Positions 16,273 through 34,017 of a stretch of DNA of 64,000 bases are shown in pieces. Made by a program: the position numbers and the translations under genes. Every line of letters begins with the position of its first letter. The stretch's first letter is position 1. Below the pieces are notes generated by a model. It had not been told where the DNA came from and did no database searches. It was given only the letters and a program-made list of their open reading frames with translations. The stretch is from the human T2T-CHM13v2.0 reference genome, Homo sapiens. The stretch is from NCBI RefSeq assembly GCF_009914755.1, contig NC_060941.1. One strand, given 5' to 3'.

Positions 16273-16700
16273 TGTAGCAGAGATTGCTAGGCTAGTTCCC
16301 TACTTTATGTCCAGTATCTTTTTCTTACTTTAAAACAGAATTCTTATTGCTAGCTGAGTGCACTGCTGACCAGAATGAAAATGTCCTTCCCAGCTTCCCT
16401 GACAACTCTATATAGCAAATGGGGTGTAGCTAAAGTGTGTCAAACTTCCAGGAAGTCTCTTTAAAAAGGAGGAAGTTCCAGCTGCCATCATGGACCAGGA
16501 GGTTGGGTGCCAAGCACTAGGATGGTAGAGCGGAAGGACAGAAAGAACTTGGGTCTCTAATAACTTTGGAGCTGCCATGCCAGTCCTGGGATGCCTTCTT
16601 CTATACTTCATTTATAGGAGAGAGTAATAAATGTCTCTCTTATTTAAGCTACTAATTCAGGGATCTGTTTCATTAGAAGGTGAATGCAATTCCTGATACA
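16273..16700 (+). mobile_element. Old MLT1 (J/K-like) LTR
   Basis: TG...CA ends, CCATCATGGACCAGGAGG..., AATAAATGTCTCTCTTATTTAAGC. Confidence 0.6.
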
Positions 16701-17408
16701 GAAATTATAGAAGGTTCTAGAATTTTTATTTCTTTACATGGCACATTAACTACCAAGTTTAGAAAACAAAACAATTCTTTTTCTAGTTAATTGACTAACT
16801 GTAGTTAACTGAATATTTAAAAGTCTTTCATGAAATTCAGTGTTCAACTGTTTCTTGTGTCCTGTGTCTTCCTTCCAGGTTCACTTTTCTTCTTGCTGGA
16901 TGAAGCAGGCTGCAGTTGACATGCAAAGAAAAGCTGAGATACAAGAGTGAAGAGTCCTAACGGCATTCCAGCCTCCAGTGCCAGTGTCCTTACCCCTGCC
17001 TTTCTGGAGGTTTGATTATATAAGCCAACAAATTGTGCTTATATGCGGTCACTTGAGGCCAAAGAATCCTGACAAAAGGAGATAGAAAGCGACCGCACAG
17101 ATGTGTTCCTGTGGCATTTGCCTAATTTATCTATAGTGAAGTAACCAGAAACAGTATGGATTCAAATTCTTAGAGAGGAAGTTGATTTTTTAAAAAAAGA
17201 TAACGAAGAAGAAACTACATAGGAGAAGCACCAGAAGAGAAAGATAAAAATGAAGAAACTAAAAATAACATGGCTCAGAATGCTGCCTAATTTATCAAAC
17301 TTGCCAACAGCAGCAGTTAGGGGTAGAAATATGTTCTTTAAGGGAAAAAACAGACAAAAGTTATCAAATAGTATTAGTCCTTAAAGAAACAATAAAAAAC
17401 ACAAATAA

Positions 17409-17828
<420 letters not shown>

Positions 17829-18314
17829 AATACGTCTTTATATTTCAATTATTTAAAACAGCCTAAGGACAATACTTGCATCCTAAATTTCCTCTTAAAA
17901 CTCTCTGGCCACTTTGTACTCAAACACAATATATAAATGGTACATTTTACAACTTAATTCAAGACTTTACTTATTTATTTTGGCCAGGTCCTGTTTTCAG
18001 CACAGCGCTAAAGTTCCTTTTGCTGGGCATGCTGTGCCTTATATATTTTTCAAATCCAAGATTTTTCCCTTGACCATGACAGTAGAATAAAAAGCTCAAA
18101 TTCAAGACAGATACTAATCTAGGACACCAACAATCGTTCCACTGAGGTGAGATTTTTAAAAATGCAGGAATAAAAATTCTATTATAACATTCACTTTATA
18201 CATATTCTTCAATCTACATGATTACCTAAAAAGCAAATCATACATACATTCTTTATAATACATCAAGAGGAAATCTATGAGTTAAAATGGATATTTAGAA
18301 AAGAAAATAATTAC

Positions 18315-18447
18315 CTTTGATGCAAGGTTGTCTACTAGAGCAATCATAGAATTCTTAAACAAGGTAGCAGCAGTCAGAGGTCGCTTGGTCACCTCTGTAA
18401 TGCTCAGTTTGCCTTCAGGCCACATATTCTTGAGCACAGGATTTGAA
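18315..18447 (-). CDS. MYO1D: Myosin-Id coding exon 14 (133 nt), loop 2
   Basis: [44 protein letters not shown]. Confidence 0.97.
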
Positions 18448-19299
18448 CTGAGAAGCACAGAAAAAACAATTCAAATGTCACATTCAAATAAGCTGGATAA
18501 AAACTGATAAGCAATTCTGCTGAAATGTATCCTGAGAATCATAATTGGACTACAGATTCAACTCACAAGGCCTAATTGGAATGATGATTCCATCCAGAAA
18601 ATTATGCTACAAGAATAATGACTGATACTGCAATGCAAATTGAGATGTTTTTCCAAACTATAGCATATTTTAAAAATTATTTAAACTTCTTTAAAGTGAC
18701 ATCCTTATTATACCTACCTAGGACCCTCAAATGGTCAATATGGCTCTTACAATACATATATAAAACAAATTCATTTTTGTGATGGTTAGAAAATGAGGAC
18801 AAACCACTAGTAGAAAAATGATCCTCAATGTCACAGCAGAAAACATAAAAGTGGCAATATCTTTGAATTAAAGCAAATAATTTATATATTAATAGAACAG
18901 GTAACACTACAGAAAGCCTGCTCTTTAAAAAAAAACACAGGTAGGAATATAAAATAACCATTTTTATATTGTCCCTCGTAAATCCCTTTACTGCAGTTCA
19001 AATTGTGAACAAATCTGTAGGTAGCATTGGCAGTTACAATATTTTATTGATGTGACATTAGGACTGTTGCAATCCAAATCTAAAAATGCATTTCAGGCCA
19101 ATTTTCAGGTTAAAATTGTATATTCATAATTTTGCTCTGTGGAGATATTTTTAAAAACGTGTAGTGATCTCAACTGTCATTTTTTTTCTGGTTTCATTTT
19201 GGGTGCTTTTGATGTTAAAGCAGTTGGAACTCAAAATGTTGCTTGCTTCCTAGAAACTTTTATCAGAAAAAAACTTTTCTTAAAAAATTGGGGGTTGAG

Positions 19300-19706
19300 C
19301 AACCCAAATGTCCATCAATGATAGACTGGATTAAGAAAATGTGGCACATATACACCATGGAATACTATGCAGCCATAAAAAAGGATGAGTTCATGTCCTT
19401 TGTAGGAACATGGATGAAGCTGGAAACCATCATTCTTAGCAAACTATTGCAAGGACAAAAAACCAAACATCACATGTTCTCACTCATAGGTGGGAATTGA
19501 ACAATGAGAACACTCGGACAGAGGAAGGGGAACGTCACACACCAAGGCCTGTCATGGGGTGGGGGGAGGGGGAGAGATAGCATTAGGAGATATACCTAAT
19601 GTAAATGACGAGTTAATGGGTGCAGCACACCAACATGGCGCATGTATACATATGCAACAAACCTGCACGCTGTGCACATGTACCCTAGAACTAAAAGTAT
19701 AATAAA
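19300..19706 (+). mobile_element. 5'-truncated primate L1PA (L1PA3-5-like) 3' end
   Basis: ORF2 C-terminus WIKKMWHIYTMEYYAAIKK..., G-rich 3'UTR; perfect 18-bp TSD AAAAAATTGGGGGTTGAG (19282-19299, 19707-19724). Confidence 0.93.
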
Positions 19707-20545
19707 AAAAAATTGGGGGTTGAGAAGAGAAAATAATTAACATTAGCATTCATTGCTAATTGCTCTTACTACTGCTAACATTTTACCCACTTTTTTTCCC
19801 TCATATAAAATTTTAAAAATTGAGTTGGATCCCCAAAGCACTCAGAATATTTCTGTATGTAGGTGCTCAAAATAATAGCTGCAAGATGAAAGAGCAGATG
19901 AGCGCAGAGCGAAGAAGACAAATGGTAATGTGTGGATTGACTGGGTCTGTGAACACAGACAGAGCAACACTCCCAGCCCCCACCATCACCAGCAAGCAGT
20001 GCCAACTACTGTCAAAGTGGCTACAAAATGCTGCAATAACCTGTGGCTTATGAACCCAGTTTCATTACTTTCTAGTCCTATTCCATAATTTTCCATTTGT
20101 ACACTTATATCAAAATGACTACATAGATGTATATTGTTTTTCCTTAACTTTTTCATTCTTATCTTTAGCACAGAAATAATTTAAGGCAACGTTCTTAACT
20201 TACAGTGCACATGGTGCCTGAATGCCATTCTAACATTTACTGAATAGAATTTTCAGAAAGTAGAAAATTGCACTTTGTGTACTTTGAAAATTTCGACACA
20301 TGTTAAAAGACTGTGTCTTTTAGTCACTGGTGTTTGGTCTATGCAGTTTCTACTCCAAATTCTTTGTCTACCTTACTCACTGTTGGCCATATTTGGAGAC
20401 TATTCCTGTACTACACTGTAAAGGTTGGAAATGAAGGAAATAAGATAATATGTTAAATAGCAGAATTGATACAAAATGAATCCAAACAGTTGTAGGGAGT
20501 CATTTTAAAGAGAAAGAACTTTCAGGCCAAGTCATGACTGTAATA

Positions 20546-20873
<328 letters not shown>

Positions 20874-21143
20874 TAAATACCAGAACCCTTATCTTAGAAG
20901 GGAAGCTCCTCCAGAGACCCAGTATGTATAATAGGTAAGGCAGATCTCATCTGGCTAACAAGACAGCAGTAAAGAGTAAAAGTTTGTGCACTTGGAATGC
21001 AAAATGCTTGCTCCCTTCCTCCCTTCATTTACACAGACACACACAGACACAGACACACACATACATGCATGCATACATGTGTGTATATTATCAAGGTCTA
21101 CAGAACTAGAATCCAAGGAACATTGCTTAAATATAATTATATT

Positions 21144-21313
21144 GCTGGGTGTAGTGGTGCATGCCTGTACCCCCAGTTACTGGGGAGGCAGAGTTGGGAG
21201 AATCACTTGAGCCCAGGAGTTCAGGGTTACAGTGAGCTATGATCACATCACTGTGCTCCAGGCTGGGCGACTGGGATACCACTTCTAAAAAAAAAAAAAA
21301 AAAGAAAAGAAAA
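21144..21313 (+). mobile_element. Alu monomer (FRAM/FAM-like)
   Basis: Single arm with poly-A. Confidence 0.8.
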
Positions 21314-21764
21314 ATCATTATATTAACATATACAAAGAAAAAATGGATTCAAATTTTGGAAGGTTATTAGCCATGGAAGCATCAAATAGTGTCCAGAGAT
21401 GAAGGTGGCTCATTCCAATACCATCTAGGAGGATGGTTTTATCCAAAAAAAAAAAAAGTCAAGACTTCCCATCTCACAGGCAAGGCCTTTCCTATTATGG
21501 AATATACACAATATGCTGCATTTAATAGACTTTCAATCTTTCACCCCTTTGGCAAAACTATTCCTATTGTGAAATGGATTCATCTTAGCCTGATGCCTTT
21601 ATTTGTTGGGTTTATCTAAGTTCCTTTGTTCTGATTCTGTGCTTACCAGGCAACTAAGTATTCTGGATTCCATGGGTAATAATGAATCAGAGTTCTCACT
21701 GCTATTTGACTTCCCAAGCACGTTTTCCAACAGGGAAAAACAGCCTGTTACATGAACACAATTA

Positions 21765-22392
21765 CAGTTGGCTCTCCATATCCATGGCTTCCACATTCAA
21801 CATATACCATGGATAGAAAATATTTTTCACTTTGGGAGGCCAAGGTGGGCGGATCACGAGGTCAGGAGATCGAGACCATCCTGGCTAACACGGTGAAACC
21901 CCGTCTCTACTAAAAATACAAAAAAAATTAGCCGGGCGTGGTGGTGGGCGCCTGTAGTCCCAGCTACTCAGGAGGCTGAGGCAGGAGAATGGCATGAACC
22001 TGGGAGGCGGAGCTTGCAGTGAGCCGAGATCGCGCCACTGCACTACAGCCTGGGCGACAGAGTGAGACTCCGTCTCAAAAAAAAAAAAAAAAAGTAAATT
22101 AAAAAAAAATTTTTTTTTAAAGATGTTTGTGCCTGTGCTAGACATGTACAGACTTTTTTGAGGGGTCATTATTCTCTAAACAATACAACAACTATTTACA
22201 TAGCACTTACATTTCATTAGGTTTTGTAAGTAATCTAGACATGATTTAAAGTATCTGGGAGGAAGTGTGTAGGTTATATGTAAATACTACACCATTTTAT
22301 ATAAGGGACTTGAACATGTATGGATTTTGGTATCTTCAGTGGAGGAGGGTACCAGATGGAATTAATCCCCCATGGATACTTCGGGACAACTG
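21765..22392. mobile_element. MER2 (Tigger family) DNA transposon interrupted by AluY
   Basis: Terminal inverted repeats CAGTTGGCTCTCCATATCCATGG / CCATGGATACTTCGGGACAACTG with TA flanks. Confidence 0.85.
21827..22093 (+). mobile_element. 5'-truncated AluY
   Basis: GAGATCGAGACCATCCTGGCTAACACGG and GGAGCTTGCAG diagnostics. Confidence 0.92.
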
Positions 22393-22789
22393 TATTCCAT
22401 TCCATGTTACTGTTAGATTTTCCACTAGAAATAAATCCACATGCTGTTTGGTTTCTACACTGGCCTGGAGAGCCTGGGCTATATTAGTTCACCACTGAAA
22501 GGTGAAGCTGTTCTCAGCAGCTGAACCTCTGGGCCATGGTACATTCACAAAGTTAACAAACATCACCTCGTGCAGCCTCTTGGTACAGAGACTGGCAACA
22601 CACCCTGATGGTACTACTGGCCAAATAAGGCTGTTTTTTCTAAGTTGAGCTTTTAACATTTTCTGCACAGAGAAATGCTGGACTCTGTCATTTGTCCCTC
22701 AAAATGAATGTACCTTACCTGATAAATTAAGCATTGAAATTCCCTTCTGAAAGTCCCTTTTCCCCATGCCCAGTTCTTCCAAGGATCCT

Positions 22790-24650
<1,861 letters not shown>

Positions 24651-25273
24651 ACAAATGAGTGAATACAGTTCTTTAACCCATAGAAAGATGACCAGGAATC
24701 CTCTTTCTTCTTCATGGACCTTCTTTTTAAAGTATCCATACTGGATTTAAACTTGTTATCATTTGCCTAGTTTTATTTTGCCATAACTTTTCCACATTTT
24801 GTTGGTTTGTGAGAAGATTCTGTCTGCTCAGTCACTATCAGGGCTCACTGACACTAGATGCCACTCTGATATCAGAGCGGTCTCTTATTTGGGGGTGAAG
24901 ACACTACAGTGGGAATCTGAGTATGCAAAACTTCTAGCTGGGCCAGATGTCACCTGACACTTCTTCATCACACTGGCCTGGCCTGAGGACTGCTGAGTAT
25001 ACTGGTAGGGGATGCTGGAAGGCTGGCAGCAGTGAGCACAGAAGCTGAGGCAACCCAAGGGAAATCAAAGCACATCATATTATTAGCAGGTCCCTGCCCA
25101 AAATTTATAGATTTTATCATCAAGTTAGTTATATGCTATTTATTAAGTCTGATAAAGCAGAACAAGAAAATGTGCCAGAAACTCTTAAAATTGCATATAA
25201 ATATAACCATGTGCATATATTACATATGTCAATGAGCTTAATCTAGAGTTAATTAATAAAATTTCAATCTTAC

Positions 25274-25348
25274 CTGTTATACATAAGGCGCTTGAAATCT
25301 TGAAATAAAGTATCTTTATTTTTGTCAATAAAACCAATGACAGAATAG
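25274..25348 (-). CDS. MYO1D: Myosin-Id coding exon 13 (75 nt)
   Basis: [24 protein letters not shown](S); CAG|GTAAG donor. Confidence 0.96.
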
Positions 25349-26839
25349 CTAACAGGGAAAAATCACAGAAAACATGTATCATTTACCAAGCAAGAGCCAC
25401 ATTTAAGTTTTTCCAGGAGGCAACAAGCCTTTCCACCGTTAATTATGCAATCAATAATCTAAAAGCTGATATTGTTCATCTTGTTCTGTATTAAAGGGTA
25501 CCAAATTTACCTACTAAATAGAAGGGAATTTTCATCAGTACTATTATGATTAAGATGATAATTCCCTACTGGTTTATTGCTTACCTCAAGAAGATGACTT
25601 TTTAAAAGATAGCTGTATTTATCATCCAGCATTCCTAAGATAAAAGCAAAACAGCAACATACAGGAACTAACAGTCTCATCCGTAGGGAGGTCAAGTGAC
25701 TTGCCTAAGGTTCACTCAGTGTTGAGGGTAGGATAAAAGATTCCAAGAAGAACTGCAAAGGATGGTAATAATTGGATAAGCAGAGGAGAAAAAGGCAGGC
25801 AGATCACACAGGGAAACAGATCAAATGGAGTGACGAAAGCAGGCACATGCATGGTGCTCTGGAGAGAGAATGAGGAGGCCAGTATAGATGGTTTGGAAGG
25901 GAGATGAGTAAGGTCTTGAAAGTCCAGCTAAGATTGCAGTTGGTGAGAAGAGTAGGAATAGAATTGTACTACTCCCAGTGACTGGCATGGACTCTAGGAG
26001 GAGTGAATTCATTTTTGGGGTTATAAAAGTAATTGACGACTCTGGGTGATTAAGACAGAGGCTAGGAGATTAAGCAAATAGGAACTTTAGACACAGCTAC
26101 ACCTTACAGTTCTGCTCTCGTGCCTGTTTTCTCTCTTGACAATCAGATCAGTATAAGCAATTCTCAGATCTCTAACCCGGATTCCTTGCCTTACATATTT
26201 AATCCTGCAAGAAAGTTCCTTCAGGCTGTGCTGCCCATGGGTACTTTAAGGTTACCATACCCAAAATTATTTCCTTGCCTGCCCCGACCTAGGTCTTCTT
26301 AATACTTTCAAGTCACTTTTGACTGAACCTTTGTGATTTGATCTCAAGCTACTCTTCCAGATAGTTCTACTTCTCTGTGCTACAAAAAAGGATACACTCC
26401 AATCAGATGGACCTAGTTGCTATTTCCTGAATATTTTGTAGCACCCTTCCCACTTCTTCCTATAAGAATAATTCCTAGCATTCAAAGACCAGCATCAGCC
26501 TTCCTGGGTTTATCACACAAACCTGGAAGTATTTCCTTACTCTAAATTCCAAATGAGTAATTGCTATTACTCATATGGCAATTATTTTAGACCACTGTTA
26601 TTGTATACATGTATATAAATGTTTATGTGTATATATGCGTGTTTTCATGTGTAAAAATAAGAACACATACAACCATACATATATGTATATACGTATGTAT
26701 CTTACATGGCAGCCAGCTCTTTGTGGGAAGAGACCATACCTTATGAAGTACTGAGCACATAGAAGATACTCAGTAAAAATCCAGAAAAGGATTGAAGAGT
26801 TTAAGAAGTGAAGAGGAAGTCTGAGGCATTGAATATCCC

Positions 26840-27015
26840 TCAAAAGGGTTAGTTGAAGTTCTAGACTAAGAGTCTAGAAACCTAGGTATTGTCTCAGTTC
26901 TTCTGTAAATTTGCTATGTGGCATTGCGTAAGAACTTTACTCATTCTGCATAAGTTTCTTCATCTGTAAAATGAAGTGGCTGGTCTAGGTCATCTCTAAG
27001 GCCTCTATCCAGCTC
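26840..27015 (+). mobile_element. MIR
   Basis: Core AGTTTCTTCATCTGTAAAATG. Confidence 0.65.
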
Positions 27016-27436
27016 TGCATTTGCGTCATTCTGAGTGGTATGAAAGTACCCTGTAAGTGAGGCTTGGATTTTTAGTGGGAGATATTTGTATAGTACTGGA
27101 TCTTCCCTCTTCAGTATTATGGAACCTGGGAACAGGACCAGAAAAAGTGGAAAATGGTGCCATTCCATCACTAATGGTTAGTTTGACAGATGGTGTGATA
27201 ATTTTGAGCCATATTATTTTATGGTCCTAGAATTTTGATTTAAATCAGGAACAGCTATTAAAATTTCTTCAAACATCATTTCAGCATTTATAGAGAAGAT
27301 CATTTACCTTTTTTTGTTTAATCTCTTCCTGCAATGGATTACATGTAAAGAATTCCTAATGTAAAAATTAAGAAAAAGAGTTCTTTAAACAATAAGATGA
27401 GGAGCAGTGTTCAGTGGACAGTAAAGGCATAATAAA

Positions 27437-28226
<790 letters not shown>

Positions 28227-28384
28227 TCAATTTCTACTTTATTGTATTGTTAATAAAAATACGGCTAGTAAGAGTTTTACTTTTTAAAATAATATTTGGA
28301 AAATAATGTAGCAAAAATGGTTTTTGCTTATGCAGTTACCCAACTATTTGCAGATCTTCATGTACAGGAGTTATTCTCACCTAG

Positions 28385-28845
28385 GGGCCTTTTTATGCCT
28401 ACTGTTTCTTCTACTTGGAAAGCTTTCTCTTTTCTCTCCCCTCTTCCTAATTCATTCCCCTGACTAACCCTCTTTTACTTTTAGGACTCAATTTGGATAC
28501 CACTTCCTCCAGCAAGACCTCTCTATACCCCTCTCAGTGGGTTAATTATTCCTACCCACTGCTCCTATAATGCCTGTGCTTCTCTAGTTTAACTGTTTCC
28601 ATTCTTCATTATAGTGACCTTTGATGGACGTACATGCCTATACTCTTCACTAAACTGTTGGTTCTTTAGGGCAAAGACCATCTTATCCATCTTTCTATCC
28701 CAGTTCTTAATATACTTCCATGATTTATTGACCCGCCAGCTGATTCTTACTGAACACGAACTATGCCAGGAACTGTACGAAATGTACATGGGCAAGTAGT
28801 GTGTGCTCAATAAATGGTTGAAAAGCAAGGAATGAATGAAGCTAT
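28385..28845 (+). mobile_element. L2 3' fragment
   Basis: Ends GTGCTCAATAAATGGTTG...GAATGAATGAA. Confidence 0.6.
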
Positions 28846-28998
28846 GCCATTTTTAAGTTGAACAAATTAAAATATATTGACATATCAAATGACCAAAACA
28901 TGCAAATGAATATAAAACCAATTTACATTTTTCCTGGTTGTATTTTCTAAAGTGAGGCGGCATGCAAATCATGGTAGGTACCAAGGTAAGATACTCAC

Positions 28999-29069
28999 AC
29001 TACATCGCCTGCATAATGTCGAATTCGAAAATCTCGATCAAACTCCAGAATTTTGTCTGAGGCACAGAG
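28999..29069 (-). CDS. MYO1D: Myosin-Id coding exon 12 (71 nt)
   Basis: LCASDKILEFDRDFRIRHYAGDV(V); myosin HYAGxV motif; GTGAGT donor. Confidence 0.96.
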
Positions 29070-29511
29070 CTAAGGAATCAAGAAGGATATTATTTTGAAA
29101 ACAGACATTTTTGCTTTCCTAAAAATATATTCCAGCTTAATATGAAATGATGATAATATCACAAATTATGACATCACATTGTGTGGGGCTTGATTTAAAA
29201 ATATGGCTTATGTATTATAAAGACTAAACTTTCACTAGAAATCCACACAGCTAGACTACATTTCCTGACCACTCTTACAGCTGGATATGGCCAAGTAACC
29301 AAGTTCTGGACAATGGAGGTAAAGTGTGGCTGTTCTAGGCCCAAACTGGTGAAAAGTGAATGATTCCCCTCTGTGCTTTCTTCTCTCCCCCAACTAGTTG
29401 GATGCAGAGGGTAGTCCCTAAGGCATGGAATAGTCAGAAGATAGAGGAAGTTTGGGTCCCTGAGAGAGACACAGACTTCTACTATCTTATGACACTTTAA
29501 TCTTGGCTACA

Positions 29512-29815
<304 letters not shown>

Positions 29816-30325
29816 TTAGCTACTATCTTCATGCAGTCCAGCCTACCCTGACTGATAGAGTTTCTTTCTCCTCCTTAAGGAGGACCATACTGAAGGAGGA
29901 CTTAAGGAGGACCATACTGAAGGCTTACTAGTTGTTAGGCATACACATCTTATTCAGTCTTCAATGCTGACATATAAGGTACAACAATCTCTCTGTTACA
30001 CACATGGAAACTGAGGTTCAAAGAGGTTAAGCAATTGGCCCAAGATCACATAGCTAGTAAGTGGTACCCCTGGAAAGGACTCCTGGAATCGAATGTAACA
30101 TCTGTGCTCTCTTATGTACATGGAGGCCTGGCTCATCTGTCTGCTAAGCTGAGACTCCAGTTCAGGACTATCATTTCACAGAAGATAAAGCTTCTGCAGC
30201 TCCTTTTCTCCCTGAAGAGGAATAGTTTATGGGAAGGCAGTTTTTATATGGCTGTGGAGGTCTCTATGACTTTCTACAATCTTCCTTGTTACAGTAGCAT
30301 CTAGACTTCTTTGTCTGCCCTGTTA

Positions 30326-30848
<523 letters not shown>

Positions 30849-31497
30849 CTACCATCTACTCACTCTGACTTCTTTAATAATTACTTATCTCAGAGAGTTG
30901 TTCTGAGGATTAAATGAACTATTGAGAACAAAGCATCTACCATACAGAGAGGTCTCCAAAATACTTAGTTCCCCTTTTCTGCTCTCTCTCTTATTAACCC
31001 CTTTTACAAACTGTTTTATTTATAAAACCCCTTAAGGAAAAGGACCCAAGAGATGTCTACACTAATGGAACATTCTTACATTTGGATACTGCAAAGTTGC
31101 AACTGATCTGAACACAGGAGGTTTTAGATTTTTCTTTATTTTTTTTGGTAATAGCAGTTATGTATTTATCATTTAACTTTTTATATTAATAATTTAAATA
31201 ATAATTTTATGCTTTATTGGATTATTTGCCTGTCTCTCCATGGTAACTTTAATACGGAAGAAGCAATGTAGTCCCTAAATGAAATAACTGTCACAAGACA
31301 GAAACCTCTAATTTAACATGCCAATAAGTCTAGCTAATCAGTAACCCGTAGCAAATGATGATATCCAGCTCAACACACAGAATAGCATATGTAATAAACA
31401 GTTCACAGTGATTAAAATATTTTGATAGTTTGATCATTTCTTTTCTTCATTAGGTAAAAATCCCAAAGAAGAAGACATTTAAAAAATCTCTATCTCA

Positions 31498-33480
31498 AAG
31501 AAATAAAAGGTATTCAAACTGGAAAACAGAAGTCAAATAATTCCTGTTCACTGATAACATGATCTAATACCTAGAAAACCCTAAAGACTTCCAAAAGACT
31601 CCTAGACTTGATAAGCAACTTCAGTAAAGTTTCAGGATATAAAATCAATGTACAAAAATAAATAAGCATTTCTATACACGACTGATAACACTGAAGCTAA
31701 GAACCAAATCAAGAACTCAATCCCATTTACAATATCCACAAACACTCACACAAAAGAAAACCCTAGGAATATATTTAAACAGGGAAGTGAAAGATCTCTA
31801 CAAGGAGAACTACAAAACACTGACAAAAGAAGTCATAGATGACACAAAAAAATGAAAAAACATACAATGCTCATGGATTGGAAGAATTAATGTCATTAAA
31901 ATGCCCATACTGACCAAAGCAATCTAAAAATTCAATGCATTTCCTATCAAATTACCAATGTCATTTTTCACAGAATTAGAAAAACAATCCTAAAGTTCAT
32001 ATAGAACCAAAAAACAGCCCAAATAGCCAAAGCAATTCTAAGCAAAAAGAACAAAACCAGAGGCATCACATTACCCTGTCTTCAAAATTATACTACAAGG
32101 CTATTGTAACCAAGACAGCATGGCACTGTTACAAAAATAGACATATAGATCAATGGGACACAACAGAGAGCCCAGAAATAAAGCTGTATACCTACAATCA
32201 ACTGATCTTTGACAAAGTTGACAAAAATAAACAATGGAGAAAGCATACGCTATTCACTAAGTGGTACTGGGAAAAATAGCTAGCCATATACAGCAGAATG
32301 AAATTGGACCCCTGTCTCTCACCATACCCAAAAACTAACTTAAGATGAATTCAAGACTTAAATATAAAACCTGAAGCTATAAAAATCCTAGAAGAAAACC
32401 TAGGAAAAACTCTTCTGGACATTGGCCTAGGCAAAGAATTTATGACCAAGACCTCAAAAACAAATGTGACAAAAACAAATGAGACTTAATTAAACTAAAA
32501 AGGTTCTGCCCAGCAAAAGAAATAACCAACAGAGTAAACAAACAACCTACACAATCAGAGAAAATATCTGTAAATTATGCCTCCAACAAAGAACTAATAT
32601 TCAGAATCTACAAGGAACTCAAATAACTAAATAACAAAAAAATCACATAACCCCATTAAAAAGTAGGCAAAGAACATGAACAGGTATTTTTCAAAAGAAG
32701 AAATACAAACAGCCAACAAACATTTGAAAAAATGTTCAACATCACTAATCATCAGAGAAATATAAATTGAAACCACAATAAGATATCGTCTTATACCAGT
32801 CAGAATGGCTATTACTAAAAATGTCAAAAACAGATGGCATGGATGTGGAGAAAAGGAAATGCTTATACATTGTTGGTGGGAATGTAAATTAATACAACTT
32901 CTATGGGAAACAGTATGGAGACTTCTCAAAGAATGTAAACATTTCTTTTAAATGGTAGTTCTAAAAATAGAACTACCATTTGATCTAGCAATTCCACTAC
33001 CAGGTATAACGAAAAGATATTTGTACTCGTATGTTTACCATAACATTATTCACAATAGCAAAGTCATGGAAACAATCAATCTAAGTGTCTATCGACAAAT
33101 GATTGGATAGAAAGAAAATGTGATATACATATATATAATGGAATACTATGCAGCCATAAAAAAGAATGAAACCATGTCCTTTGCAGCAACAGGGGTAGAG
33201 CTGGAGGCCATTATACTAGGTGAAATAATGTACATTTTCGCTTGTAAGTGGTAGCTAAACAATGCATATGCATGAACACAAAGATGGAAATAAGACACTG
33301 GGGACTCCAAAAGCAGGGGGGTGAGAGTTGAAAAATTACATATTGGGTACAATGTTCACTATCTGGGTGATAGGTAAGCTAGAGGCCCAAAGTTTACCTT
33401 TATGCAATATATCCACGTAACAAACCTGAACATGTACACCTCCCAGATCTAAAATAATAAAAATAAATAAATAAACAAAT
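31498..33480 (+). mobile_element. ~2-kb 5'-truncated L1 (L1PB/L1MA-like): ORF2 3' part + 3'UTR
   Basis: Degenerate ORF2 with stops, (TAAA) tail, degenerate TSD AAAAAATCTCTATCTCA / AAATAATCACTACCTCA. Confidence 0.88.
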
Positions 33481-33680
33481 AAATAATCACTACCTCAGCA
33501 CTTGTCTTAGGGATACCAAAAGAAAGAGCCACTTGGTCTGAAAGTTGGGAAACCTGGGCTCCCATAAATTTGAAAAAGAAAAAGAAAATCCTCTCCACAG
33601 ACAAATTACTATTTAGCATTTCATGTCAAATCAGTAGCAAATACTGATGTGGTATGTACAGTTACTCTTACAAATGACAT

Positions 33681-34017
<337 letters not shown>

